Assembly: GCA_045588555.1 (NCBI GenBank)
Contig: JAZNEL010000013.1
Span: 17,394-81,393 of the forward strand
Direction of reading: 5' to 3'
Length of the DNA: 64,000 nucleotides
From: Acutalibacteraceae bacterium
GTDB taxonomy: Bacteria; Bacillota; Clostridia; Oscillospirales; Acutalibacteraceae
In this document: positions 39,377 through 47,966 of the stretch, in pieces
Numbering within the stretch: position 1 is the stretch's first letter
How the letters are laid out: each line of letters begins with the position of its first letter
Program-made: the position numbers and the translations under genes
The notes under the pieces: model-generated
What the model was told of the DNA's origin: nothing
The model's database searches: none
The model's input: the letters and a program-made list of their open reading frames with translations, nothing else

Positions 39377-39712
39377 ATGAAAAAATACATAAAAGAAATA
39401 ATTATATGCTTTGTACAGCTTTTTATGTTTTACATCTTTCCTTTTTTCGGCGGCCCCACGGACGGTATGGGAATAGTGTTTGTAATAATTTTCGCTACCT
39501 TTACACTTTCTTTGGTTATGGGAGCCTTTTCGGATAATAAGATAAAATACCTTTACCCCATGGCAGCTTCGGTTGCTTTTATTCCCACGGTTATGCTTCA
39601 TTATAACGGTAGTGCTATGGTGCACGCTCTGTGGTATTTGGTTATTTCAGCCTTTGGTATAGGCATAGGCTCACTCGTTAATATGGCAGTTAAGAAAATA
39701 AAGAGGACATAA
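39377..39712 (+). CDS. Small polytopic membrane protein, unknown function
   Basis: AGGAGG RBS 7 nt upstream of ATG 39377. Three to four hydrophobic helices. No recognisable motif. Confidence 0.6.
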   Translation: MKKYIKEIIICFVQLFMFYIFPFFGGPTDGMGIVFVIIFATFTLSLVMGAFSDNKIKYLYPMAASVAFIPTVMLHYNGSAMVHALWYLVISAFGIGIGSLVNMAVKKIKRT

Positions 39713-39713
39713 A

Positions 39714-40217
39714 ATGAATTTACGCCTTGCTACTGAAAAAGATTTACCTGAAATCAGCCGTCTTTTCTCTGCTATCACGAAAAAGCTCGACAGTGAAAAT
39801 ATCTGTATATGGGACGAGATTTATCCCGACTGTGCCTTTCCCGATGACATAAAAAGAAAAAGCCTCTTTGTTCTCGGGGAGGAAGATAAGCTTGTTTCCG
39901 CCTTTGCTCTCTGCGAGCCGATGGAGGACGAGGGGAGTATAGTGTGGGAAAATCCCGAAGCTAAAGGAGTTTACCTTTTCCGCTTCGGTGTGGCACCCGA
40001 CTGCTTAAAAAAGGGCATAGGAGCCTATATGCTTAAGGAGGCAGAAAAAATCGCCAAAGAAAGAGGAGGCGAGTACCTCCGACTTTTAGTGGTGGATTAT
40101 AATATTCCTGCCATAAAATTTTACGAAAAGAACGGCTATATAAAGACAGGGGGCTTTTATGTAAAGGACCAGGACGGTCTGATTCTTAAGGAGTACGGCT
40201 ACGAGAAAAGATTATAA
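39714..40217 (+). CDS. GNAT family N-acetyltransferase
   Basis: Acetyl-CoA loop 'RFGVAPDCLKKGIGAYML' (R/Q-x-x-G-x-G/A) and 'FYEKNGY'. 167 aa. Confidence 0.85.
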   Translation: MNLRLATEKDLPEISRLFSAITKKLDSENICIWDEIYPDCAFPDDIKRKSLFVLGEEDKLVSAFALCEPMEDEGSIVWENPEAKGVYLFRFGVAPDCLKKGIGAYMLKEAEKIAKERGGEYLRLLVVDYNIPAIKFYEKNGYIKTGGFYVKDQDGLILKEYGYEKRL

Positions 40218-40229
40218 GGAGTGGTATCA

Positions 40230-40562
40230 ATGAAAAAAGACCGATTTGAACTATTCTCCAAAATCAGCCTTTGGATAACAGGGTATTATTTCTTTTCAAA
40301 TTTACTCGCTATTCCTCTGTGGTGGGGGACAGCAATATTTAATATTTTCAGCGGAATATTTCTGATTCCTTTTTATATTGATGTTTTCACCTGGCACATT
40401 TTCGGAGTTTTCTCCGTCGTCAGCTTAATCGTAAAAACGGTTATATGGGTAAAAAGAAAAGAGCTCTTTAAAAAGAACTCAATCAGAAATCTTATTTTAC
40501 ATATCTTTTACACCGTAGCCGCCTTCGGTGAAATATGGTGGATATTTGAAAACAGCTTTTAA
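40230..40562 (+). CDS. Small membrane protein, unknown function
   Basis: AAGGAG lies upstream of ATG 40230. Three predicted TM helices. No motif recognised. Confidence 0.55.
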   Translation: MKKDRFELFSKISLWITGYYFFSNLLAIPLWWGTAIFNIFSGIFLIPFYIDVFTWHIFGVFSVVSLIVKTVIWVKRKELFKKNSIRNLILHIFYTVAAFGEIWWIFENSF

Positions 40563-40566
40563 GCAA

Positions 40567-40614
40567 AAAATCCATTGTGTGAGATTTTCCTCATACAATG
40601 GATTTTCTTTTTTT
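40567..40614. terminator. Bidirectional terminator between convergent genes
   Basis: 17-bp stem (40567-40583 pairs with 40590-40606, one G-U), flanked by an A-run on one side and a T-run on the other. Confidence 0.65.
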
Positions 40615-42190
40615 ATTTCATTTTCTTTCCGTATTTAATCTGATTGATTATGAATCCTCCGCCGAGAAGCACGAGAATAACAGGAAGGAAAAAGATAACC
40701 GTAAGAGCGAGACCGATTACCACACCGAGACCCTTGTTGCTCTTTACGAAGCTTGCCTTGGGTCCCTCCTTCGGAGGAAGGTTATCGTAAAGGTTCAGCA
40801 CAGCTTCCGCATCGCATATACCGGGATTGTAAAGAAGCGGCTCCACGAGACTCTGCACAGAGTCGGCACCCTTAAGTATACTGCTTATTCTGATGCCGAA
40901 AAGCTTAAGAATACTGTCGATAACGGCGAGAACACCCATAGTGATTTTATATTCTGCCGTGTCGGGTGAGTAGGGTGAGTCACCGCCGTAAAGATTTCTT
41001 ACCAGGGAAACGATGAAGTCTACTACCTTCTGATCCTTTATGTGAGCATAATCGCTCTTTTTAAGTCCGCTTTCCTTCTTTACGAGCTTTGCGACAGTGC
41101 CTATTTTAAGCTTTGATAAAAGCTTGGCAAAGGGCTTTATTATCCAGCCGATTTTATAAATCAGCTTTTCCTTTACGCTGAAGGCTGTGGCGAGACGGGC
41201 GAGCTCGGGAATATCCTTGCCTGCGGCGTCGATAACTCTTCTTATCATACCGAAAAATTTATCCTCGAGGTGGTCCTGGAGCTTTCTGCCGTCAATGTCA
41301 CAGCATACATCGACGGTCTTCACATCTATTTTGCCCTCTGCGGGAAGGAAGGTCACCTGTCGGAAGTTAGCGGGATAGCCTACTGCGGCGGCTGTGGTAA
41401 TGTCGTAGAAAACCTTGCCCTTTTCGGTAACCTTGTAGGAAATGTCCTGCATATGGGTGTGACCCGTAAACATATAGTGAAGACCCATTTCCGTGAACTG
41501 GTCGATTCTCATATCTGCGTCCTTCATCAGGTTTCCGCCACCGATGATGGTGTAGAAGGGAGAGGGGGAGAGCATAGGATGGTGCGTCATGGGTATGATG
41601 AACTGACCGTTTTTCTCTGCATCCTTTATCTGCTCTGTAATCCATTCGAAGCACTCGTCGGAAAAGCCTGCCCCGTTTTTACGGTTGCTGTCATCGTTGA
41701 GTGCGAAAAGTCGGTAGCCGTCGCAGAGCTGTACCACATAGCTCATACTCTCTCTGTGTACGGAAATAGCCTCCTCGGGACCGAATTCATAGTACATATC
41801 CCACAGCTCTTCCCGTCTGACAGCCGGCACCGTAACCGCTTCGTCACCGTCATAGCGTCTCGTTACATCGCCGTCGTGATAGTCGTGAGTGGCCGTGATA
41901 ACATAAACCTTTTTACCTCTTTCCTTCAGTGAGCGTAAAAGCTTAATCACGCCTTCGTGAGCCTCTCTTTCCGCCATAGTGGTGACATCTCCCGAAACGA
42001 GAACGGTCTCACATTCGTCCTCGGCTAACTGGTCCGCCAGCGAAGAAAGAATTTCCTCGCAGTTGAGAAGGTCGTTGGGCGTTTTGGCATTTTCCTTTTC
42101 GAAGCCCTTGCCCGTGGTGCCTGTTTCCTTTGAGTAGTAGTGAATGTCGGAGATGATATTCAGCTTTAAGGGTTTAATGCTTTCGTACAT
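40613..42190 (-). CDS. Calcineurin-like metallophosphoesterase with a C-terminal transmembrane anchor
   Basis: 'ISDIHYY' (DxH), 'VSGDVT' (GD), 'ITATHDYHD', 'MTHHP' and 'TGHTH' blocks. C-terminal TM 'GVVIGLALTVIFFLPVILVLLGGGFII'. Confidence 0.85.
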   Translation of the reverse strand: MYESIKPLKLNIISDIHYYSKETGTTGKGFEKENAKTPNDLLNCEEILSSLADQLAEDECETVLVSGDVTTMAEREAHEGVIKLLRSLKERGKKVYVITATHDYHDGDVTRRYDGDEAVTVPAVRREELWDMYYEFGPEEAISVHRESMSYVVQLCDGYRLFALNDDSNRKNGAGFSDECFEWITEQIKDAEKNGQFIIPMTHHPMLSPSPFYTIIGGGNLMKDADMRIDQFTEMGLHYMFTGHTHMQDISYKVTEKGKVFYDITTAAAVGYPANFRQVTFLPAEGKIDVKTVDVCCDIDGRKLQDHLEDKFFGMIRRVIDAAGKDIPELARLATAFSVKEKLIYKIGWIIKPFAKLLSKLKIGTVAKLVKKESGLKKSDYAHIKDQKVVDFIVSLVRNLYGGDSPYSPDTAEYKITMGVLAVIDSILKLFGIRISSILKGADSVQSLVEPLLYNPGICDAEAVLNLYDNLPPKEGPKASFVKSNKGLGVVIGLALTVIFFLPVILVLLGGGFIINQIKYGKKMK

Positions 42191-42212
42191 TGTTTTCTAC
42201 CTCGTTTGTTTT

Positions 42213-42470
42213 TTATTTTATGTCGTGTACCGTTCCCGCGAAAACGGGAACGCCGTCCATATTCGTTATTATGAAAATGAAGGGTCTGTCGGGAGGAACG
42301 CTGTTCCACACTCTGAAATAGGTGTCGTTCACACATTCCTCGCTTTCCTGTCTGTTGCCCGTAATCCTCCGCGAGGTGAGGCGCAGGCTTTCTCCGTACT
42401 TCCGGTCTGTATGGGAGATTGCTCTTTCGTCTCTGCCGAAAAACAGGTCTAAAATTTCTTTGTCTTCCAT
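42213..42470 (-). pseudogene. Truncated sigma-70/ECF-type sigma factor (region 2 only)
   Basis: 'ISHTDRKYGESLRLTSRRITGNRQESEECVNDTYFRVWNSVPPDRP' looks like sigma region 2. The sequence then diverges and stops after 85 aa. No region 4 is seen in any frame before the next gene. Strong RBS (AAAGGAGG). Confidence 0.6.
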
Positions 42471-42544
42471 TCGTCATTCCTCCTTTTCTGCTTTTAAGCC
42501 TTCACTTAATAAGACAGAAAAATCCTTTCAGAGGTCACGGAATT

Positions 42545-45304
42545 TCAGCATTTTTTTATCACTAATTTGTGGCTTTCCCTGTATCCGCTCTCAAGAGTGA
42601 CGGTTAACTGACCCTTATTCTGCTTGCAGGGTATTTCCTTTCCGTCGAGAGTGCAGATGTATTCATTCTTTTCATCCATCACGCACAGCAGAGTGAATTT
42701 CTCGCCCGTACCGTAGTAGGTAAAAGCTATTTCAGCCTCGGTCTTATCCTCGTTAAAGATAACCTTATCAAGATAGGTGTCGAAGCCCACATTGACCTTG
42801 CCGGGGCAGTAGTAGGCCTTCGCCCACATATTGATGGGAGTGGAGAGGCCGCCGAAATTATGGAACCAGCCGCCGCAGCCTGTGACGGTGTTAACCATTT
42901 CGAAGGTGTAGTAGCTTTCGTCCACCTCTCTTTTCCAGATGTTGAGAGCAAGATGGGCTATATCGTAGGCGAAATCACTTTCACCGCAGTCGAGCATACT
43001 CTTCCATATAAACCACTGATGGGGGAACCAGATGTTGCCGTTCCAGTAGCCGTTGATTTTGTAGTAGCTTGCGGTCATATCCACGGCACTTATGCCGAAG
43101 GGGGTGTGCATTTCCCTGTCATCGGTGAGATGGCCGATAATCTTTTTCCTCTGATTTTCGTCGCAGACACCTGCTATGATGGGATAAATGCCGTCGAGAC
43201 CCTTGTTAAGGTTTTCTCCCTCGGGAGTGGTGTATCTGACCGTGGGCTCGTAGTTTTCGTCGTGGAGAACATAGCTGTAGTATCCGCTTTCCTCGTCCCA
43301 GGAGTATTTATTGAGAGCCTCGGTGAGGTCAGCGCAGTCCTTTTTATATTCCTGCACATCTTCGCCTTTACCGAGTCTGTCAGCCATAATGGCGAGAATT
43401 TTACCGAAGCGGATAACCTGTGAGGTGGAGATGACGGGAGCCGCCTTATCGCGAAGCTCATCGGCCTTCATCGCCATCTGTGCGGGATAATCGTCCATAC
43501 CGCTCGAGGAGTAGAAGTAGTCATAGGTGGTCAGAAGTCCGCTTTTGAATTTAGCTGTCGTCGAGCCTCTGATCTTGCCGCGAAGGAACAGATAATAAAG
43601 TCTCGCTCTCGGATAGTAGGAGAGGAGGTGCTCTTTATCATTCGTGCTCTGGAGCATTTCGTAAAGCTGGTAAATCTGCACGGGAACGGGAGAGCCGTGA
43701 TGGAGGAAGGCGTAGTCGGGATTATCCTCGGTGCTTAAATATGTATCTATAATATATTCGGCGAATTTCGGCGCGATTTCGTTCATACCGAGTCCGATGA
43801 AGCCCGAATCCCAGGTGTAGAGGCAGTCCCAGCGTTTGCCGGGAGTATGGTGGATGATAAATTCACCGTGCTTGTAAATGGGATAAACCGCGTTGGTCAT
43901 AACCGTGGCGGCTAAAATCTGATTGCTTAATTTGTATTTTTCACCGTCACTGTTAAGCTTTATGTCGATGGCGGTTTTCTTCATTTCCGCGTAAAGGCTT
44001 TCGTATTCCGCCTCGCTTCTGTATTCCGCCTCACCCTTTGAGATAACTGCATACTGTACGGCTCTGCTGTGAGGTTCGACGAAAACGGTGTGGCTTATGG
44101 CGTTATGGAAAAAGCCGTTATCGCTGTGCTTACGGTTAAAGGCGCCCGTGAAGCTCTCCGTGACATCGTCGAAGGTTTCGTCTGCATTGGAGAGTCTCGC
44201 CGTCATACAGTCCTCGAGAGCACCCGTGCCGATTTCTCTGAAGCGGGTGTTGTCGTCGAAGACGCGAAGACGGTATTCACCATCGATTTTTTTGTATTTA
44301 AGAGTGGTAAGGTAGCCCTTTTTCTGCTTTTCGTTTCTGATTTCGGGGACGAAATCGACCTTTTCGAGAGTGACACGGATTTTATCCTTGTCCTCCTCCT
44401 CGATGATCGCGAAAAAGTCAAATTCAGCCGCGCCCGTACCCTCGGAAACTAGAGAAAGCTCGAAGTCACCCTTGCTTACAGGGCCGAGGGGGATAAAGAT
44501 AATCCCGGGGTCGTCGCAGGGGGCAAGGCTTACCGTAAGGCTTCCGTTCAGAGTAAAGGTCGCCGTGTTTTCGCTGTTTATGTAATGCACGCCTACCTGC
44601 TTGCCCTGCTCGTAAAAGATGTCACTGGTTCTGTAACGGATGGCGAGGACTGCGTTTTCGTAGTCATTTTTAAGAGCAAGCTTATATCTTACCCTGTCGT
44701 TTTTTTCGCCGCCGAAGGGCTTTATGACTCTGTGGGGCAGATGCCATTTTTCCGCCCTGTCACCCAGACCCTTTTCTGCTGTGAAGCGCTTGTCGAAAAA
44801 TTCGCCTTTTTTTCTGCCGTCCGCATTCTGACTGTCCCAGGGACGGCGGGTATTATATTCGTATTCGCTGTAGTTGACGGCATTGATGAAGTCGCATTTT
44901 TCGGGCAGACTTACCTCTGTGTAGGCATCCTGCGGATATTCGACGGAGGAGAAATAGTTAACCACACAGTTTTTGATAATTTCGGAATTGTTCACTATTT
45001 CCGTTCTTATAAGATAGCTGTCGTCTGTGATTCTCGTGTAGGAAACATCGGCATAAACCTTATCCTTCCATTCCAGATCGTGTCTGAAGGAGTAAAAGCC
45101 GTAGTCCTCATTGGAAAGCCAGGGATGATAGGCGGAGGGGAGAGTAACATTGGGAACTCTGATGTCGAAGGCGGAAACTGCGGGACAGGTGCAAAGGTCG
45201 AATCTGATACCGTCGTATTTTTCGTGCCGTGCTATGTTTGAAATTCCCGCATATTTTTTGCCGAAGGGACCCCAGCCGTGAAAAAGTCCGAATTTATCCT
45301 GCAT
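42545..45304 (-). CDS. Large cytoplasmic glycoside hydrolase with a C-terminal (alpha/alpha)6-barrel, GH63-like/MGH1-like; specificity unknown
   Basis: 919 aa with no signal peptide. 'RWDCLYTWDSGFIGLG', 'SSSGMDDYP' and 'GYWNGNIWFPHQWFIW' resemble conserved blocks of the GH63/GH37/debranching-enzyme clan. The N-terminal ~450 aa form a beta-rich region with no motif I recognise. Confidence 0.65.
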   Translation of the reverse strand: MQDKFGLFHGWGPFGKKYAGISNIARHEKYDGIRFDLCTCPAVSAFDIRVPNVTLPSAYHPWLSNEDYGFYSFRHDLEWKDKVYADVSYTRITDDSYLIRTEIVNNSEIIKNCVVNYFSSVEYPQDAYTEVSLPEKCDFINAVNYSEYEYNTRRPWDSQNADGRKKGEFFDKRFTAEKGLGDRAEKWHLPHRVIKPFGGEKNDRVRYKLALKNDYENAVLAIRYRTSDIFYEQGKQVGVHYINSENTATFTLNGSLTVSLAPCDDPGIIFIPLGPVSKGDFELSLVSEGTGAAEFDFFAIIEEEDKDKIRVTLEKVDFVPEIRNEKQKKGYLTTLKYKKIDGEYRLRVFDDNTRFREIGTGALEDCMTARLSNADETFDDVTESFTGAFNRKHSDNGFFHNAISHTVFVEPHSRAVQYAVISKGEAEYRSEAEYESLYAEMKKTAIDIKLNSDGEKYKLSNQILAATVMTNAVYPIYKHGEFIIHHTPGKRWDCLYTWDSGFIGLGMNEIAPKFAEYIIDTYLSTEDNPDYAFLHHGSPVPVQIYQLYEMLQSTNDKEHLLSYYPRARLYYLFLRGKIRGSTTAKFKSGLLTTYDYFYSSSGMDDYPAQMAMKADELRDKAAPVISTSQVIRFGKILAIMADRLGKGEDVQEYKKDCADLTEALNKYSWDEESGYYSYVLHDENYEPTVRYTTPEGENLNKGLDGIYPIIAGVCDENQRKKIIGHLTDDREMHTPFGISAVDMTASYYKINGYWNGNIWFPHQWFIWKSMLDCGESDFAYDIAHLALNIWKREVDESYYTFEMVNTVTGCGGWFHNFGGLSTPINMWAKAYYCPGKVNVGFDTYLDKVIFNEDKTEAEIAFTYYGTGEKFTLLCVMDEKNEYICTLDGKEIPCKQNKGQLTVTLESGYRESHKLVIKKC

Positions 45305-45500
45305 AAGCTATATCTCCTTTGTTTTCGCATTTAATAAATTATACTATATTATACCTTTTCAAGTCAACATAATATGAAGTCATTTTTACACTCTGAAGGA
45401 ATAAGCTTTGAACATTTATGCGAATATGTTATCCTCTTGTTAAAATCTATTAAAATTTTTTAATAAATGCATTTTTTATAGCAAAACTTAAAAAAAAGAC

Positions 45501-45529
45501 TTGAATTTTATTAAAGGTGGTGATATAAT
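45501..45529 (+). promoter_or_regulatory. Extended -10 sigma-A promoter
   Basis: TTGAAT (45501-45506), a 17-nt spacer ending TGA, then TATAAT (45524-45529). Confidence 0.55.
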
Positions 45530-45574
45530 CAAAGCAAAGTAGGAAACAAATAAATCCCAATGGAGGTAAATATT

Positions 45575-46180
45575 ATGAAAAAATTATTATCCGTACTTTT
45601 AGCAGTATTAATGCTTTTCAGCACAGTTGCTCTTTCCGCTTCTGCAGCTGCACCCGTTACTGACCCCACCACTGCTGATACACTCAGAGACAGAGTAGGT
45701 CAGGATCACATTGTTATTCAGTATAATCTTTTCGATTTTAAGACAAAGTATGCACAGTACACCTACGATGTAGATTCTAACAAGTTTGCATACATCGATG
45801 CTATTTCCGGCACCTTCTATCAGGTTCCCGAAAACGCTTCTCAGTTATATGTTGGCTACACCATCGCTCTTCCCGAGGTAACAGCTCCCGAAGGCAAACA
45901 GTTCAACGGCTGGAAATGTGCTACACACGCTGAAGGTCTTACCCTTGCAGCCGGTGTACCTGTTAAAATCACAGAGGATATGCTTGCTCTTGCTACAAAC
46001 AATGTTGTTGTTTTCGAAGTAGTATGGGGCAGCGCAGCACCCGAAGAGGATACTATGAGCACAGTAGTTGACATCCTTTGCAAAATCTTCGGCGCTCTTC
46101 TCGGTATCCTTATGTATAACGGTAACACTGAAGCAGGCGTTCAGATGATGAAAGAGATCCTCGGCGGTGTTCTCGGTTAA
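45575..46180 (+). CDS. Secreted protein with a Listeria-Bacteroides-repeat-like segment and a hydrophobic C-terminal tail
   Basis: GGAGG RBS and signal peptide 'MKKLLSVLLAVLMLFSTVALSASA'. 'LPEVTAPEGKQFNGWKC' resembles the P..P.r.G..F.GW repeat. The C-terminus is 'MSTVVDILCKIFGALLGILMY'. Confidence 0.7.
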   Translation: MKKLLSVLLAVLMLFSTVALSASAAAPVTDPTTADTLRDRVGQDHIVIQYNLFDFKTKYAQYTYDVDSNKFAYIDAISGTFYQVPENASQLYVGYTIALPEVTAPEGKQFNGWKCATHAEGLTLAAGVPVKITEDMLALATNNVVVFEVVWGSAAPEEDTMSTVVDILCKIFGALLGILMYNGNTEAGVQMMKEILGGVLG

Positions 46181-46196
46181 TTAAATCCTACATATC

Positions 46197-46226
46197 AAAT
46201 CGCTGTGTTTTACACAGCGATTTTTT
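46197..46226 (+). terminator. Rho-independent terminator
   Basis: 11-bp stem AAATCGCTGTG (46197-46207) pairs with CACAGCGATTT (46213-46223), with a 5-nt loop and a T-run. Confidence 0.7.
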
Positions 46227-46362
46227 ATGCTTTTTTCTGCCGCAGGCAGTCAGAGTGTGAAGTATACGAGCCTGCACCTTGCGGTCTGTTAACGGAAAAT
46301 CGGCTTTTATCTTGAAATAATTCCCTTTATCTGCTATCATATAACTTAAGGAGGAATTAATT

Positions 46363-47283
46363 ATGAAAAAACTGATTTCACTCATTCTGTCAGCACTTAT
46401 GCTGTTCAGCCTTTGCCTTCCTGCACTTGCTGCAGCTACGGCAGAGCCCTTTTCAAACAGCCGCTTTTATGAGACGGGTGATTACACTCTCCATTACAGA
46501 GTATTTGAACCTGACACAGCGGCCAAAAAGCAGCTTTTGCTCATTCACGGCTTCTGCCTTTCTACCGTCTCTCTCGAGGGTGTGGCAGAGGAATATGTGA
46601 AAAGCGGCTGCAGAGTAGTGCTCGTCGATGCTCCGAACTTCGGCTATTCATCGAGGGAAACGGCAAATACGGAGCTTCGTTCCCGTGAGGAGCTTATCGG
46701 CGCGCTTATGCTGTCTCTCGGCGGAAAATGGATAGTCGGCGGACATTCTATGGGCGGAGGCATCGCTCTTAATTTAGCCTGTGACTATCCCGAAACGGTG
46801 ACAGGTCTCGTTCTTTTCGCACCCCAGACCTCTGCCGAAGCCGACGGTGCAGAGCCGAATCCCGTCCTTTCTGCGGTTATGGGTATCCTTTATGACACTA
46901 TACTTAATCTGTGTCTTAAGCTTCCGTTTCTCGTCAGAATGTTCGTTTCTATGAGCTTCAGTGACTCTGATTATGCGAAGAATTACGACCTCGCCCGCAT
47001 TACAGCTCCGCTTTCTCTTCCCGATACGGGCGCAGGCATCTCCCTGATGACTCTCCACACCAAAGGACCTGATTTTGAAAAGCTGAAGGCTCTCGATATT
47101 CCCTGCGTAATCATCACTGCCGAAAACGATAAGGTAGCTATGGCGGATAATCTGCAGGCCATCATCGATAATGCTCCCGCAGATACGGAGGTTTACACCT
47201 TCACAGAGGGCGGACATATGATGATGGAGTATTCTCCCGCACAGGTAGCCGCTAAAACCCTTCCCACCATCGAAAAGGCATAA
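46363..47283 (+). CDS. Secreted alpha/beta hydrolase
   Basis: Has a signal peptide. Also carries 'LLIHGF', the nucleophile elbow 'GHSMGG' and a C-terminal 'GGHMMM' catalytic His region. Confidence 0.85.
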   Translation: MKKLISLILSALMLFSLCLPALAAATAEPFSNSRFYETGDYTLHYRVFEPDTAAKKQLLLIHGFCLSTVSLEGVAEEYVKSGCRVVLVDAPNFGYSSRETANTELRSREELIGALMLSLGGKWIVGGHSMGGGIALNLACDYPETVTGLVLFAPQTSAEADGAEPNPVLSAVMGILYDTILNLCLKLPFLVRMFVSMSFSDSDYAKNYDLARITAPLSLPDTGAGISLMTLHTKGPDFEKLKALDIPCVIITAENDKVAMADNLQAIIDNAPADTEVYTFTEGGHMMMEYSPAQVAAKTLPTIEKA

Positions 47284-47298
47284 AAAGCTAAAATAATT

Positions 47299-47346
47299 AC
47301 CCCACCAAAGAAGCTTTAATCCTTTGGTGGGGTTTAATGTTTTTTA
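47299..47346. terminator. Bidirectional terminator
   Basis: 12-bp perfect stem ACCCCACCAAAG (47299-47310) pairs with CTTTGGTGGGGT (47322-47333). T-rich tails on both strands. Confidence 0.65.
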
Positions 47347-47359
47347 TTTGATTATCTTA

Positions 47360-47761
47360 TTAAAGAGATGAGAGGAAGGAAATGATTGCATCGATGATTG
47401 TTTTGCACAGCTCGAGAACGGTAAGAGCGATTTTTACGAGACAGCAGGGTTCTTCCTCTGTGGTCTCCTCCGTGACAGCCGTAGTGGTTTCGGAGGTAGA
47501 TTCGGTGGGCGCCTCTGTAGTGGCTTCCGTGGTGGGCTCTGTAGTAGTCGGAGCAGCGGTGGTAGTGGGAGCCTGTGTGGTGGGTGTCGTGGTTGACTCT
47601 GTAGTGGCTTCTGTGGTGCTCTCTGTGGTCTGTACTGCTACGGGTGCCAGCTCTTTGATTTCAGCTGAAAGTGCACCTAAAACGAAGCCGCTGGTAAAAA
47701 GAAGTGCCACAGTTATGACAATAACAATTGTCTTTCTTACGATTAAGTTATTTTTATCCAT
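47360..47761 (-). CDS. Small membrane-anchored Thr/Glu-rich protein with a Cys-containing hydrophobic C-terminal tail
   Basis: AAGGAGAG RBS 8 nt upstream of ATG. N-terminal TM 'TIVIVITVALLFTSGFVLGAL', a ~60-aa T/E/P/A linker, then the C-terminal 'PCCLVKIALTVLELCKTIIDAIISFLSSL'. Confidence 0.65.
   Translation of the reverse strand: MDKNNLIVRKTIVIVITVALLFTSGFVLGALSAEIKELAPVAVQTTESTTEATTESTTTPTTQAPTTTAAPTTTEPTTEATTEAPTESTSETTTAVTEETTEEEPCCLVKIALTVLELCKTIIDAIISFLSSL
47450..47629 (-). repeat. Imperfect tandem codon repeats encoding a Thr/Glu/Pro/Ala linker
   Basis: 'TTESTTEATTESTTTPTTQAPTTTAAPTTTEPTTEATTEAPTESTSETTT'. Generates a Val/Ser-rich mirror ORF on the + strand. Confidence 0.6.
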
Positions 47762-47966
47762 TTTTTTAACTCTCCTTGATATTTAAAAAGTTTAATTACG
47801 ATTTAGTCCGTTTATCATTTTATCATACTTATCCCGTAAGGTCAATGTTATTTTGGCTTTTTTTACCTCTTTTTTATCGGAATGAAAAATCATAAAGGGA
47901 TATATTGAATTTATTTTACTAATGTGTCATAATATACCTGTATTTACGATGAAAAGGATGATATAT

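Noticed and set aside
39377-40562. The small membrane protein, GNAT and small membrane protein trio, considered as a GNAT-toxin/antitoxin module.
   Set aside because: GNAT toxins pair with RHH/HTH antitoxins. The neighbours here are hydrophobic membrane proteins without DNA-binding features, and the GNAT has no distinguishing toxin-type features visible by eye.
47382-47786. A 134-aa + strand Val/Ser-rich ORF overlapping the Thr-rich gene.
   Set aside because: It is a reverse-complement artefact of ACN/GAN codon repeats. The minus-strand ORF has a well-placed AAGGAGAG RBS and a sensible layout of TM, linker and tail.
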